NCBI GenBank assembly: GCA_017453965.1
Contig: JAFTEI010000134.1
Location: 1-53,117 of the forward strand
Source: Lachnospiraceae bacterium
Lineage (GTDB): Bacteria > Bacillota > Clostridia > Lachnospirales > Lachnospiraceae
Direction of reading: 5' to 3'
Length of the DNA stretch: 53,117 nt
Shown here: in pieces, positions 20,512 to 29,801 of the stretch
How positions within the stretch are numbered: the first letter of the stretch is position 1
Layout of the letters: every line of letters begins with the position of its first letter
Notes under the pieces: model-generated
What the model saw: only the letters and a program-made list of their open reading frames with translations
Databases searched by the model: none
What the model was told of the DNA's origin: nothing
Position numbers and translations under genes: made by a program

Positions 20512-21295
20512 ATTCCCTCTTTCCCTCCAGCATATATTTCACCGCCGACAGCAGCCCTATCCCGTCCTTTTTATAAAGAGAATACTTCCTGACCGCAAAC
20601 TGCAGCACCAGAAGGATAAAGCCCGCCCTGGACATCCTGTAATATCCCGCGCCCCTGTTTATAAAGAATTCTCTGTCATAGCCCTTAAACCAGGTGGATT
20701 CCCTCGGAATGAGGGAGGCCAGCTCCTCGCCCACGTACCAGACCGAGAGCCCCCGCCGTATAGCATCGAATAAAAAAATATTCTCCTCTCCCATGCCGTA
20801 AGTGGCTCCGGCTCCGAAGTCCTCGTCCATTTTGAGGCCGGCCCGCTCGAGGCTCTCCTTTTTGAAGGTGATCTCCGGAGAGAAGATCTTCATCGACTTG
20901 AGGTATCCCAGCCTCGCCTCGCCATTTATGACCGGCTCCTGCCTTTCGGACCTTCTTATAAAAAAAACTATGATATCCGCGTCCGGATGCCTTTCGTAAG
21001 CGCTCATAATGCGGCTCTCATAGTCTCCACGGTATTTTACATCGTTATCACAGTATGCGCAAATACCTCCCTCGGCCAGGCTCACAGCCAGATTGCGGCT
21101 CTTCGACAGGCCCCTGTCCCGGCTAGAGACAAAGCGCACCGTCCTTCCCCCCTCCTCAAAGCGCTCGTCGGAATCGGTGTCGCACTGATTTATCACGACG
21201 ACGTTTCCGCTTATGCCGAGCTCCTCCAATATGCTCCTGTCCTTTAGGTGCATGGCCGAAAGCAGCACCGTAGGTCTTTTCCCGATCTTCTCCAT
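20480..21295 (-). CDS. Glycosyltransferase family 2
   Basis: VVINQCD, RGLSKSRN, CDND, GEENIFL. Confidence 0.87.
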   Translation of the reverse strand: MEKIGKRPTVLLSAMHLKDRSILEELGISGNVVVINQCDTDSDERFEEGGRTVRFVSSRDRGLSKSRNLAVSLAEGGICAYCDNDVKYRGDYESRIMSAYERHPDADIIVFFIRRSERQEPVINGEARLGYLKSMKIFSPEITFKKESLERAGLKMDEDFGAGATYGMGEENIFLFDAIRRGLSVWYVGEELASLIPRESTWFKGYDREFFINRGAGYYRMSRAGFILLVLQFAVRKYSLYKKDGIGLLSAVKYMLEGKREYVGARNLHNR

Positions 21296-21298
21296 ATA

Positions 21299-22039
21299 TT
21301 ACAGGCGCCTCAGCACGGCCCTGACCGCATATTTAACAAAATAGTACATACTCTTGAATACCCCGAAGCCCTCCACCTTCCTGTATAAGCTCCAGGTCCG
21401 CCTCAGCGCCTCCAGCTTGTTTGAGGACAGGGTCTTCGCGCTTCTCCTGTAGAGCGTCAAGGGCTCGTCCAGGCCGTAACCTGTGAAACCCGAGCGCAAT
21501 ATCTGCCACCACGTAGCCGTATCCTCGCTGTCGACCTTTGGCATCAGCATCAGCTTGACGGGCAGCTTTTTCCGGTCAAACATGACCGTCGAGGTAAAGA
21601 TCGTGGTATTCCCCAGGGCCTCCTTGTAGCTGATGGTCTCCGGCACCCGGACTATCTTTCCGGTTCCCCGGGCCTTCTCGTCAGCAAATTCATATCCTGT
21701 AAATACAAAGGCCGCCTGCCTCGCTTCGCAGAAGGCCAGCTCCTTTTCCAGCTTGTCCCTCCTCCATATGTCGTCGGCGTCAAGAAAGCACTGATACCGG
21801 CCCATGGCCGATACCGTCCCCGTATTCCTGGCCGCGGCGGCTCCGACTCCGTTGCTCTGCAGGACCCTTATCCTGCCGTCGCCCTCGCTAAGCAGGGTAC
21901 AGACCCTAAGGCTGTCATCTGTAGAGCCGTTTTCTACGAGCAGCAGCTCCCAGTCGGTATAGGTCTGCGCCTTTACCGAAGCCACGGTTTCCTCTATAAA
22001 GCTCTCAGCGTTATGTACGGGAATTATGATGGAGATCAT
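21299..22039 (-). CDS. Glycosyltransferase family 2 (TuaG-like)
   Basis: ISIIIPVHNAE, GSTDDS, FLDADD, SEDTATW, LSSNK; start likely ATG at 22039. Confidence 0.9.
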   Translation of the reverse strand: MISIIIPVHNAESFIEETVASVKAQTYTDWELLLVENGSTDDSLRVCTLLSEGDGRIRVLQSNGVGAAAARNTGTVSAMGRYQCFLDADDIWRRDKLEKELAFCEARQAAFVFTGYEFADEKARGTGKIVRVPETISYKEALGNTTIFTSTVMFDRKKLPVKLMLMPKVDSEDTATWWQILRSGFTGYGLDEPLTLYRRSAKTLSSNKLEALRRTWSLYRKVEGFGVFKSMYYFVKYAVRAVLRRL

Positions 22040-22040
22040 T

Positions 22041-23426
22041 TTATTCAGCTTTCTTTTCTTCAAGGGAGGCCGGGGCGGCGTCCGCGGTGATATGCCCGCT
22101 CACTCCCTCTGTGCTCTCCTTGGTAAAGAGAATCTTGCAGGTCAGAAGTATGAGTTTGGCATCCAGCCATATGGAAAACTGCTCTATATAATAGAGATCC
22201 AGCTTCAGCTTGTCGTAGGGCAGAGTATTATATTTGCCGTAGAGCTGGGCATAGCCCGTTATGCCGGCGCGCACCTTCATCCTGTAGGAAAATTCCGGCA
22301 TGGTCTGCTCATATTTTTCAATGAATTCCGGCCTCTCCGGCCTGGGTCCCACAAAGGACATATCTCCCTTGAGCACGTTAAAGAGCTGGGGCAGCTCATC
22401 TATCCTGAAGGACCTTATTACCCGTCCCACCCGGGTTATCCGGGGGTCCCCCTCGCGGGCCAGCTCGGCGACTCCGTGTTTTTCCGCGTCTACGATCATG
22501 CTCCTGAATTTATAAATGTAAAACCTTCTGGAATTCTTCGTGCATCTTATCTGCCTGTAGAGCACAGGGCCCCCGTCTCCGAGCTTTATCGCCAGGGCCG
22601 TTACAGCCATTATAGGTGAGGTCACTATAATCAACAGCAGGGATAAAATGATGTCAAAGCCTCTCTTGATAACCCTCTCCTCATACTGCAGGGGATTTCC
22701 CTCCGTAAGCAGGAGGGGGGTGTCGAAGAGATGTATCGGCTTCGACCCGTTCAGGATAATGTCGGATATCTTCGGCATGGAATATATCCGCTTGGAGTTT
22801 TCATAGCAGTACTTGAATATCCTGTTTCGCGCCTCCGCCGGAATGTCCCATAGGACAACGGTATCGTGGCTGTCTATGCTCCTGCGGATCTCCTCCTCCG
22901 GTTCATCGGTGCTGATGGAGCCCACAACATGGAACTGATCCCTTCTGGTGGCAAGCTTTTCTACAAAATTATTAATAGAGCTGCCCTTGTAGATAAGAAA
23001 TACGTCATAGGGCTTGAATATCCGCTGATATATACCTGTGGTCACCGATATCCAGATACAGGAAAACACTATCTAGATAAGGAACACCACCAGCAGGGGC
23101 GTCACCTTCGGAAAAGCATAGGAAAGCATTGCGGTTATCAGATAGAAGAAAACCGCGCTGAAGCCCGAAGTAAAGAGCAGCGAAAACATGACCTCTCCCT
23201 TGCGGCGCATCCCCACCGTCAGCCCTCCGAAAACGTTACCAAGGAAAATAAAGACAACGGTATAGAAGGCCATAACAAAGATATGGCCCCTCAGATAGAG
23301 CTGGGTCCTGAAGCCCTGATTATATATATTATGAAGGACGTAATACACCGGAAATATATCTGCCACAAGCATTATGAAGCAGGTCACCAGCGTATAAAGT
23401 CTCCGCCCGGCATTATGTGATATCAT
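22041..23426 (-). pseudogene. WcaJ/CpsE-like polyprenyl glycosylphosphotransferase interrupted by one in-frame TAG (23073-23075)
   Basis: ORFs 23073-23426 and 22041-23069 are in the same frame (…CTT ATC TAG ATA GTG…). Joined, they give a 461-codon protein with N-terminal TM helices and the C-terminal KFRSM/DELPQL/VGPRPER domain. Confidence 0.85.
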
Positions 23427-23451
23427 TTATCTACTCCGAATACATCTCATC

Positions 23452-23506
23452 TATTAAAAGAGATTTTATCCCCGGTAATATCTGACTTATAGCTCATAGC
23501 TACTCC
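23452..23506 (-). repeat. 55-bp junction element, copy 2 (mini-ORF 23447-23497, MSYKSDITGDKISFNR)
   Basis: 52/55 identical to copy 1, no indels. Confidence 0.95.
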
Positions 23507-23555
23507 TCTATTTGATCTAGTGTAGCGTTCTCATTTTCAAGCACGAATCCGCGAA

Positions 23556-24425
23556 TCAGAGCTTGCCCTTGAGCGCCAGCGCGGCGGCTCCCGGAAGCCC
23601 CTTTAAAATGAGTCTCCCCGGCAGCGCATATTCCTGGGCATAGCTTTTATCCACCCTGCCCTTAAACCTGAGATAGTGCGCCGCATATTTCATGCCTAAA
23701 AGCCCTTTCCCTGAAAGAGCCCTCTGATAGTAATAGATAAGCCAACCCGTCGGATTCTTTTCCCTCAGTTCATCCACGCGGTCGGTCAGCCCCTCCGAGA
23801 CAAGCTCACACACCGTAAGTATCTTATCCAGTATCAGGTACTCGTGTCCCTCGTCTATGCGGTCATACACCACATCCTCGGGCACATATTTCTCACCCTC
23901 TATTTCGGGAAAGGGAAAGCCTTTGAGCAGCTCCGTCCTGAAGACCAGCGTCGTTTCTCCCTTAAAGCCGGCTTCATACAGCCCCCTGAGACTTGAGCGC
24001 CCCCTTACCGGAAATTCCGAGCCATAAAGGATATGCTCCGCGTCAGAGCCCTTGTGCGCGACTATGCCGGCGAGCCCTTCCTCTTTCTTCCACGTCCACA
24101 GTGTCAATATATCATCTACCGCGGTCTTTGTAAAATGATCGTCGGAATCCAGACACACAAAAAGAGGCGTATCCGCAAGCCGGACGCCCACATTATGTGC
24201 TCTCATCTTCCCGCCGTTTTCCTGCCTGTAGTATCTAATCTCCAGCCGGCCCTCTCTCTGAAAGGAATGCATAAGCTCGCCCGTCTCGTCGGTGGAGCCA
24301 TCGTCCACCACCAGCCACAAAAAATCACCGTTTGTCTGGGCAAGCAGGCTTTCATACAGCCTTTTGAGCTTATCCGCCCGGTTGTAGGCCGGCGTAAATA
24401 CCGTCAGCAGCTTTCCGTCACGCAT
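23556..24425 (-). CDS. Glycosyltransferase family 2
   Basis: VFTPAYNRA, VDDGSTD, NGGKMRAHN, LDSDD; start likely ATG at 24425 (TGATG overlap with upstream gene). Confidence 0.9.
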   Translation of the reverse strand: MRDGKLLTVFTPAYNRADKLKRLYESLLAQTNGDFLWLVVDDGSTDETGELMHSFQREGRLEIRYYRQENGGKMRAHNVGVRLADTPLFVCLDSDDHFTKTAVDDILTLWTWKKEEGLAGIVAHKGSDAEHILYGSEFPVRGRSSLRGLYEAGFKGETTLVFRTELLKGFPFPEIEGEKYVPEDVVYDRIDEGHEYLILDKILTVCELVSEGLTDRVDELREKNPTGWLIYYYQRALSGKGLLGMKYAAHYLRFKGRVDKSYAQEYALPGRLILKGLPGAAALALKGKL

Positions 24426-25303
24426 CACTGATTCTCCCAAACCTCTGTATAGTCCGCCGGTTCAAAGTCCTCTATGGCCCCGGACTCATATTTCCAGATT
24501 GCCCTGCCCCCCGCGCTGCTCACCTTTTTAAGCCCCGCCTCTTTCAGATAGTCATTGACCGGATTGTCCTCCATAAGCACTACATATTCCGTATCTGTCT
24601 CGTCCAGGCTCTCCTTAAATTCATTGAAGGGCACATCTTCATTTTTTAGGATCACACTCAGGATACGGTTAGGGTGCTTCTGCTTCTCCGCTATAAAAGC
24701 ATCCACCTCTATATTGTTTATCATATTCAGATACTCTTCCCTGGTTCCGGTGAGCAGGATGGTCGCGTCGTACTGCCTGAGCTGCATGGTAAGGCCAAAG
24801 TCGCAAACTGCCTTCGGGAAGCTGCGCTCACTGTCCTTATGGATGGCCTCGCTGACCGCTATCACCTCCTGGGGCATCTTGTAAACGTTGTGCACCCTGA
24901 GATATCCGTCCGAATAAACCAGCTTCCCCGCCCCCAAACGCAGCAGCACGGCAGCGGTAAACCAGGCAATTTTGGCAGCTGCGCTGCGATCCTCCCTGAA
25001 AACGACAAGGGTAAGGGCGAAGGCTATGGCCGGTATTACCGGAGATATCCACAAAAGCCTGTAGTATTCCTGATTGACGTCAAAACTTAAGTTTATCAGC
25101 ACGGGGACAAGCGGGTTATAGACCGTTAGCACGGCGACGATGGCCGGATAGATAAAAACTCCCCTGTATTTCTTATCGGCCTTCAGGTATATGAAAACCA
25201 GGGCAGCGAGGTACAGCAGCATATAAAAACACTGTCCCGAGTATTCCGCTATGCACTTGAAGATATAGACAAGCCCCTCGTCGGCTATGGACAAATTCTG
25301 CAT
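24425..25303 (-). CDS. Conserved membrane protein (DUF6077-partner type)
   Basis: 4 N-terminal TM helices with a YYRLLW motif, then a soluble C-domain (NVYKMP, LRQYD); follows the DUF6077-like gene. Confidence 0.65.
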   Translation of the reverse strand: MQNLSIADEGLVYIFKCIAEYSGQCFYMLLYLAALVFIYLKADKKYRGVFIYPAIVAVLTVYNPLVPVLINLSFDVNQEYYRLLWISPVIPAIAFALTLVVFREDRSAAAKIAWFTAAVLLRLGAGKLVYSDGYLRVHNVYKMPQEVIAVSEAIHKDSERSFPKAVCDFGLTMQLRQYDATILLTGTREEYLNMINNIEVDAFIAEKQKHPNRILSVILKNEDVPFNEFKESLDETDTEYVVLMEDNPVNDYLKEAGLKKVSSAGGRAIWKYESGAIEDFEPADYTEVWENQ

Positions 25304-25305
25304 CT

Positions 25306-26376
25306 CTACCTCGGATAAGTGTAAAACACGAACATTCCCTTAACATAGGCCACGTATAAAAGCAGCAGGATAATACACGGCGCCGCCGACAGGCAGGCCG
25401 AGACCAATATGCGCCTGGCCCTGAATTTGATAAAGGCGGGCAGCAGCGTACAAAACAACATCGCAGGGAGCAGCATATTGGCCGAATTGGACAGGGCCGT
25501 TGCCCCCAGGCAGGTTATAAATAAATATACATAGCTGTCCGTCCGCCTGACATCCTTATATATGAGCAGGGTCAGATATAAGATGAAGGGCAGGACCACA
25601 TTTCCCAGGATCGCCTTGCCCTCATAGCTCCTGGTCACCAGAAACTGCGCCGGAGTATAGATCGAGCTGAAGAAGAAAAGCATCAGCCCCACAAAGAACA
25701 TGAACGCAAGCTGCTTTTGTACCTCCCCCGAAAAGAGCTCTCTGCCTGTCATGAACATCAGCAGATTGAACAGGATCACCGTCGTAAGGCTCATGACTAC
25801 CTTCATGAAGGTAAGCGGATGTATTCCTGTAAGATAGGCTATAACGGCACAGAGCGTCGGATAGGTGGAAAAGAAATATCTGAATTCAAAATGATCCGTC
25901 CACTCTCCGGTGTATGGGTCGTAGATATTTATCGTATTCGTCGTTACGTCTGTGGTCACCCTTGCCACATAATACGAAGCGTCCAGGGTAAAATCGTAGG
26001 ACAGCCCTATTATCACAAGCTGCGCCAGCACCAGCAGGGCCACCGCCGCAGTAAAATACGGATGGTCCGCGATAAACCTTCCTATGCGCTTAAAGCACTC
26101 CGCAAAGAGCCTGCGGTTGACGACCACTGAAACCGCGCATAAACCCAGGGTGACTGCGAGCCATATACCCGACAGCAGGCTTAGCGGCCTCCATTTGAGC
26201 ATTACGGGAAAGCAGCATAAGTCGAACACGATGAGCAGCACAAAAAAACCCGTTATAATCGAAATTGTCGCTGAAAAACCGGTTTTTTTAAACCTTCCGG
26301 TTATCAGCGAGCCATAGAGAAAAAACATTATGAAATTTACAAACACCATTAAAAGCGCTATTGCTAATTTAATCAT
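25306..26376 (-). CDS. DUF6077-like polytopic membrane protein (GT-C-like)
   Basis: DASYYVA...IYDPYTG...RYFFS...IHP and TRSYEGKAIL motifs; about 10 TM segments. Confidence 0.7.
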   Translation of the reverse strand: MIKLAIALLMVFVNFIMFFLYGSLITGRFKKTGFSATISIITGFFVLLIVFDLCCFPVMLKWRPLSLLSGIWLAVTLGLCAVSVVVNRRLFAECFKRIGRFIADHPYFTAAVALLVLAQLVIIGLSYDFTLDASYYVARVTTDVTTNTINIYDPYTGEWTDHFEFRYFFSTYPTLCAVIAYLTGIHPLTFMKVVMSLTTVILFNLLMFMTGRELFSGEVQKQLAFMFFVGLMLFFFSSIYTPAQFLVTRSYEGKAILGNVVLPFILYLTLLIYKDVRRTDSYVYLFITCLGATALSNSANMLLPAMLFCTLLPAFIKFRARRILVSACLSAAPCIILLLLYVAYVKGMFVFYTYPR

Positions 26377-26705
26377 TCATTTTCCAGGATTGTCAGCCTG
26401 TCCATGATATCCACGGTCGCCGCGGAAATGTTATTGAGCTTGGTATTCAGTGTCACTATGGATACGGTGGCAAATATCATAAAGAGGATAAAAATACAAT
26501 ATCCGATAACAAGCAGCCTCCACTTATTTTTATTGCTCAAAATATCCTCCTCTTCAAATATCCCGTCTTGACTCTTTGCAGCCCCGGTTGCTGCTCCGGG
26601 CAGCTTTTTCCTCACAGCCTCTATCAGGCCATTAAGCCTCTTTTCATAGAGAGGGAGAAGGGCTATTATCAAAGCCGCCATAACCAATAATATGATCCTG
26701 AACAT
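26373..26705 (-). CDS. Small membrane hypothetical protein
   Basis: 110 aa, two hydrophobic segments, tightly packed in the operon. Confidence 0.65.
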   Translation of the reverse strand: MFRIILLVMAALIIALLPLYEKRLNGLIEAVRKKLPGAATGAAKSQDGIFEEEDILSNKNKWRLLVIGYCIFILFMIFATVSIVTLNTKLNNISAATVDIMDRLTILENE

Positions 26706-26715
26706 CCCGTTTCAC

Positions 26716-27591
26716 CTATTTAAGCCACTCTATATATTCCCTGATAGCCTCGTGCCAGTCCGCAAAGGCATAGCCTCCCGTGAGCCTCAGCATCATATTG
26801 TCCAGTGCGGAATATGAGGGACGCGGTGCGCTGGAGGGATTCTTTGCGGTATATTCCTCCGTCGTCACATGATTTACCCGGGTAGCTTTCCCGGCAAGAC
26901 GGAATATCTCTTCCGTAAACTCTGCCCAGCTTGTTATTCCCTCGCAGGTTCCGTGGAAAAGTCCGTAATTATCCGTTTCCATCAGGAAGTGTATCGCCCT
27001 GGCAAGCTCGGCTGTACTGGTGGGGTTCCCGAGCTGGTCATCCACCACACTGACCTCGTCATGGGACTCCGAAAGCCTCAGCATGGTCTTTACAAAATTC
27101 TTTCCGTCTCCATAGAGCCAAGCCGTCCTGATTATGGAATATCTCTCGGCCAGATCCCTGACCATCTGCTCTCCTGCGAGCTTGGTCTTGCCGTATACAC
27201 TTTTGGGCGCGGTCGGATCGAACTCATTATAGGGGGTATCTCCGTCTCCCGGAAATACGTAGTCGGTTGAAACCTGAATGAGCCTCGAACCGCTTTCATT
27301 TGCGGCTATGCTTAAATTCCTGGGTCCCAGAGCATTTATCTTATAGGAGAGCTCCACATCCTTTTCCTGCGCGTCCACAGCCGTATAGGCCGCACAGTTT
27401 ATGACCGAATAGGGCTTCACCTGTTTAAAGAGGTCCCTGAGCTTTCCCAGGTCCGTTATATCCGCGGCGTGTACGCCCTCTGACTCTGTGATGTCAGTAT
27501 TGTAGAGCTCGTATTCCCCTCCGGCCAGCTCTATATTGATGGCCCGTCCCAGCTGTCCGTTTGCTCCGGTAACCAAAATCGTCTTACTCAT
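26716..27591 (-). CDS. rfbD: dTDP-4-dehydrorhamnose reductase
   Basis: TGANGQLG, NCAAYTAVD, STDYVF, YGKTK, KNFVKTM, DQLGNPT, APRP. Confidence 0.93.
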   Translation of the reverse strand: MSKTILVTGANGQLGRAINIELAGGEYELYNTDITESEGVHAADITDLGKLRDLFKQVKPYSVINCAAYTAVDAQEKDVELSYKINALGPRNLSIAANESGSRLIQVSTDYVFPGDGDTPYNEFDPTAPKSVYGKTKLAGEQMVRDLAERYSIIRTAWLYGDGKNFVKTMLRLSESHDEVSVVDDQLGNPTSTAELARAIHFLMETDNYGLFHGTCEGITSWAEFTEEIFRLAGKATRVNHVTTEEYTAKNPSSAPRPSYSALDNMMLRLTGGYAFADWHEAIREYIEWLK

Positions 27592-27651
27592 ATTCCCTCC
27601 GAAATATAGTGAACGAAGAAGCTCCGTTCACCTCGATAATATTTGAGATTG

Positions 27652-27687
27652 GTAACTGTTCAGACCCCCTGGGTCCAAAACAGTTAT
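27652..27687. repeat. GTAACTGTT...AACAGTTA REP-like hairpin
   Basis: gtaactgttcagaccc-cct-gggtccaaaacagttat; related to the hairpin at 41484-41519. Confidence 0.65.
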
Positions 27688-27691
27688 TGGA

Positions 27692-27720
27692 ATTGTATCA
27701 TTATTGAGCCCTTATTGCAA
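27692..27720 (-). promoter_or_regulatory. Putative sigma-A promoter of the rfbD operon
   Basis: TTGCAA-17bp-TACAAT with extended -10 TG. Confidence 0.6.
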
Positions 27721-27759
27721 AAGCGGGGCCGGGGCGCTGCGCTAGAGCAGCAGTTCCGG

Positions 27760-29274
27760 CTAGGGCAGCAGCTCCTTCTCCTCTTTCCTGAAATGCCTGT
27801 AGAGAAGGCCGTCGGCCACAAATACCGTCAGGGCATATACCGTAAAATACAGCGGAAAATAATATTTAAAATACGATGCTGGCGCCAGGATAAAAACAAT
27901 GAACCAATGGCACATAAGCCCGCCGCACAGGAAGAACGTCCACCACCTTCTCCGCACAAGGGCATAGACGAGTCCGGTTATAAGCAGGACAAAGGGCGCG
28001 TAGACATTATACGCTATCGTCTTTACGATGCTCACAAGGAAGAGGGCAAAGCCCCTTACCCCACCCTCCTTCCACGCTATGGAATAGGGCGTCGCCGCAT
28101 AATCAAAGGCTCCAATCCTAGTTTTCAGAAAAACCCCGGGATTATTGACAAAGATACTCCGGCAGCCCTCGACATAGGCCCGGTAGTCCTCATCCCCCGC
28201 GCCCTCCTTAAGACCGGTATAACCCGGATAATACAGTATCAGCACATCCTCATAGTTGATATCCCCGAGATCTCTGTTTATCGCCTCTATCGTATCTATG
28301 TCCAGATATCTGCCGACAAGCTCTATCGCCTCCCGATTTTTTTCCCGGTCCAGACCGTTCCTGAACATATTAGTTATCGTGTAGGCATAGAAGGGTCCCA
28401 TCCTGTTTTCAGCCTTATCGCCCATTCTCATGGGAAGGACGCCGTTTTGCGGTATCTGCACCAGATATTGGATAAATATATATATCAGCACCATCGCAGC
28501 GGCCTTCTTTGTGTTCCTGAGAGAGGGATAGGAAAAAAGCAGCAATACCGGCAGCAGGGCGGCGAGGTATATCCCCTCGGTCCTCCACTGGGTCAGAACA
28601 GCTCCCAGAATAAGCAGCCACAGCAGCTTGGGCCGGCTGACAGCTCTTTGCTCAAGCCTGTCCATCAAAAGCGAAAAGACCATAAAGGCATACAGCAGAA
28701 AATATACCGGTATCCTGTGAGCCGAGGTAGTATAGGCCAGGACAGGGGGCAGCAGAAAGGCCAGATACATAAAATAGCCGTATCTCTTATCCAGATAATG
28801 CCTTACCCTGAAAACGATATAGCCGCAGACCAGAAGCTGTATCGCGACCTTGACCAGCACCGGTCCCAGCCACGAGGGGATCAGCATCATGGTCACGATA
28901 TAATAATAGGTCGTGAGGTAGTAAAACCAGGTGTAGTCCGCCAGATTTCCGGCCTCCGCAAAGATGAGCGTCTCGTCGTTGCTTAAGAAGCCCTGGGGCA
29001 GCTTGAATACCATTACAGCCGCCAGCGGAACGAGATAAAGCGCCGAATATTTCAGAATCTCCAATGTAGCCGGACTTCTGAATATCAGCGCCCTGTATAT
29101 GAAAAATAAAAATACAAATAAAATAAGCTTACAGATGAGGTAGTTGAATAAATGTTCTCCGGCCGGAACCTTGAACACATGAGGATCTGTAAAAAAAGTA
29201 ATACAGCAATGAACTGTAGCGAGCACTAACGCTACGATGTTTTGCTTACAAAGCACCGCCGTCCTGGGTTCCAC
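27760..29274 (-). CDS. Polytopic membrane protein, possible GT-C glycosyltransferase
   Basis: About 12 TM segments, acidic SNDE motif in an early external loop, large late soluble loop, C-terminal YFKYYFP. Confidence 0.6.
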   Translation of the reverse strand: MEPRTAVLCKQNIVALVLATVHCCITFFTDPHVFKVPAGEHLFNYLICKLILFVFLFFIYRALIFRSPATLEILKYSALYLVPLAAVMVFKLPQGFLSNDETLIFAEAGNLADYTWFYYLTTYYYIVTMMLIPSWLGPVLVKVAIQLLVCGYIVFRVRHYLDKRYGYFMYLAFLLPPVLAYTTSAHRIPVYFLLYAFMVFSLLMDRLEQRAVSRPKLLWLLILGAVLTQWRTEGIYLAALLPVLLLFSYPSLRNTKKAAAMVLIYIFIQYLVQIPQNGVLPMRMGDKAENRMGPFYAYTITNMFRNGLDREKNREAIELVGRYLDIDTIEAINRDLGDINYEDVLILYYPGYTGLKEGAGDEDYRAYVEGCRSIFVNNPGVFLKTRIGAFDYAATPYSIAWKEGGVRGFALFLVSIVKTIAYNVYAPFVLLITGLVYALVRRRWWTFFLCGGLMCHWFIVFILAPASYFKYYFPLYFTVYALTVFVADGLLYRHFRKEEKELLP

Positions 29275-29279
29275 TCTGC

Positions 29280-29543
29280 CTATTCTCCGAGTCCGCCCTC
29301 AACCGCCGAAACAAGAGCCGTCAACGCGGCCTCTTCATCCTCGCCCTCACACATAAATTCAATCTCATCCCCACACTTTACGCAGGCTCCGAGAACACTT
29401 AAAACACTTTTTGCATTAGCCGTATTATCATTAAACTTGAATGTTATCAATGACTTATACTGCATTGCCTCCTTGCAGAGGATTCCCGCGGGACGAAGAT
29501 GCAGGCCCGTGGGATTCTTGATAACAACCTTCTGACTAACCAT
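29280..29543 (-). CDS. ptsH: HPr phosphocarrier protein
   Basis: GLHLRPA (His15), NAKSVLSV (Ser46), GEDEEAA; start ATG at 29543 after GGAGG. Confidence 0.92.
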   Translation of the reverse strand: MVSQKVVIKNPTGLHLRPAGILCKEAMQYKSLITFKFNDNTANAKSVLSVLGACVKCGDEIEFMCEGEDEEAALTALVSAVEGGLGE

Positions 29544-29617
29544 AACTTCCTCCATAGATAGTCGTAATAAAGATGTGCTGGCTGCGAAATTTTTCCTCCT
29601 GTGTGCCGCACGTAATA

Positions 29618-29646
29618 ATTATACCCCAACATATATTGTTAATCAA
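29618..29646 (-). promoter_or_regulatory. Putative sigma-A promoter of ptsH
   Basis: TTGATT-17bp-TATAAT. Confidence 0.65.
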
Positions 29647-29710
29647 TAAACCTTTTATTAATTCTGTACAATACAGGGGCTGTGCAGCGCTGTTTTATTG
29701 GTGTAACGTC

Positions 29711-29743
29711 ACAATTCAGTGGTAAACCAGACCACTGAATTGT
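29711..29743. terminator. Perfect 13-bp inverted repeat downstream of glmM (terminator/operator)
   Basis: acaattcagtggt-aaaccag-accactgaattgt; no clear U-tract. Confidence 0.45.
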
Positions 29744-29801
29744 TATGGTATAAATGCCTGGATTCTCCCGGGTTCCGGACAGCCATTGCCATTCCTCAAT
29801 A

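Noticed and set aside
23073-23075. Pyrrolysine recoding of the amber codon
   Set aside because: No pyl genes in the window and no precedent I know of in this enzyme family; nonsense mutation or sequencing error is simpler.
27643-28986. 447-aa plus-strand ORF
   Set aside because: Antisense mirror of a hydrophobic membrane-protein gene (Q/K/H-rich); no independent evidence.
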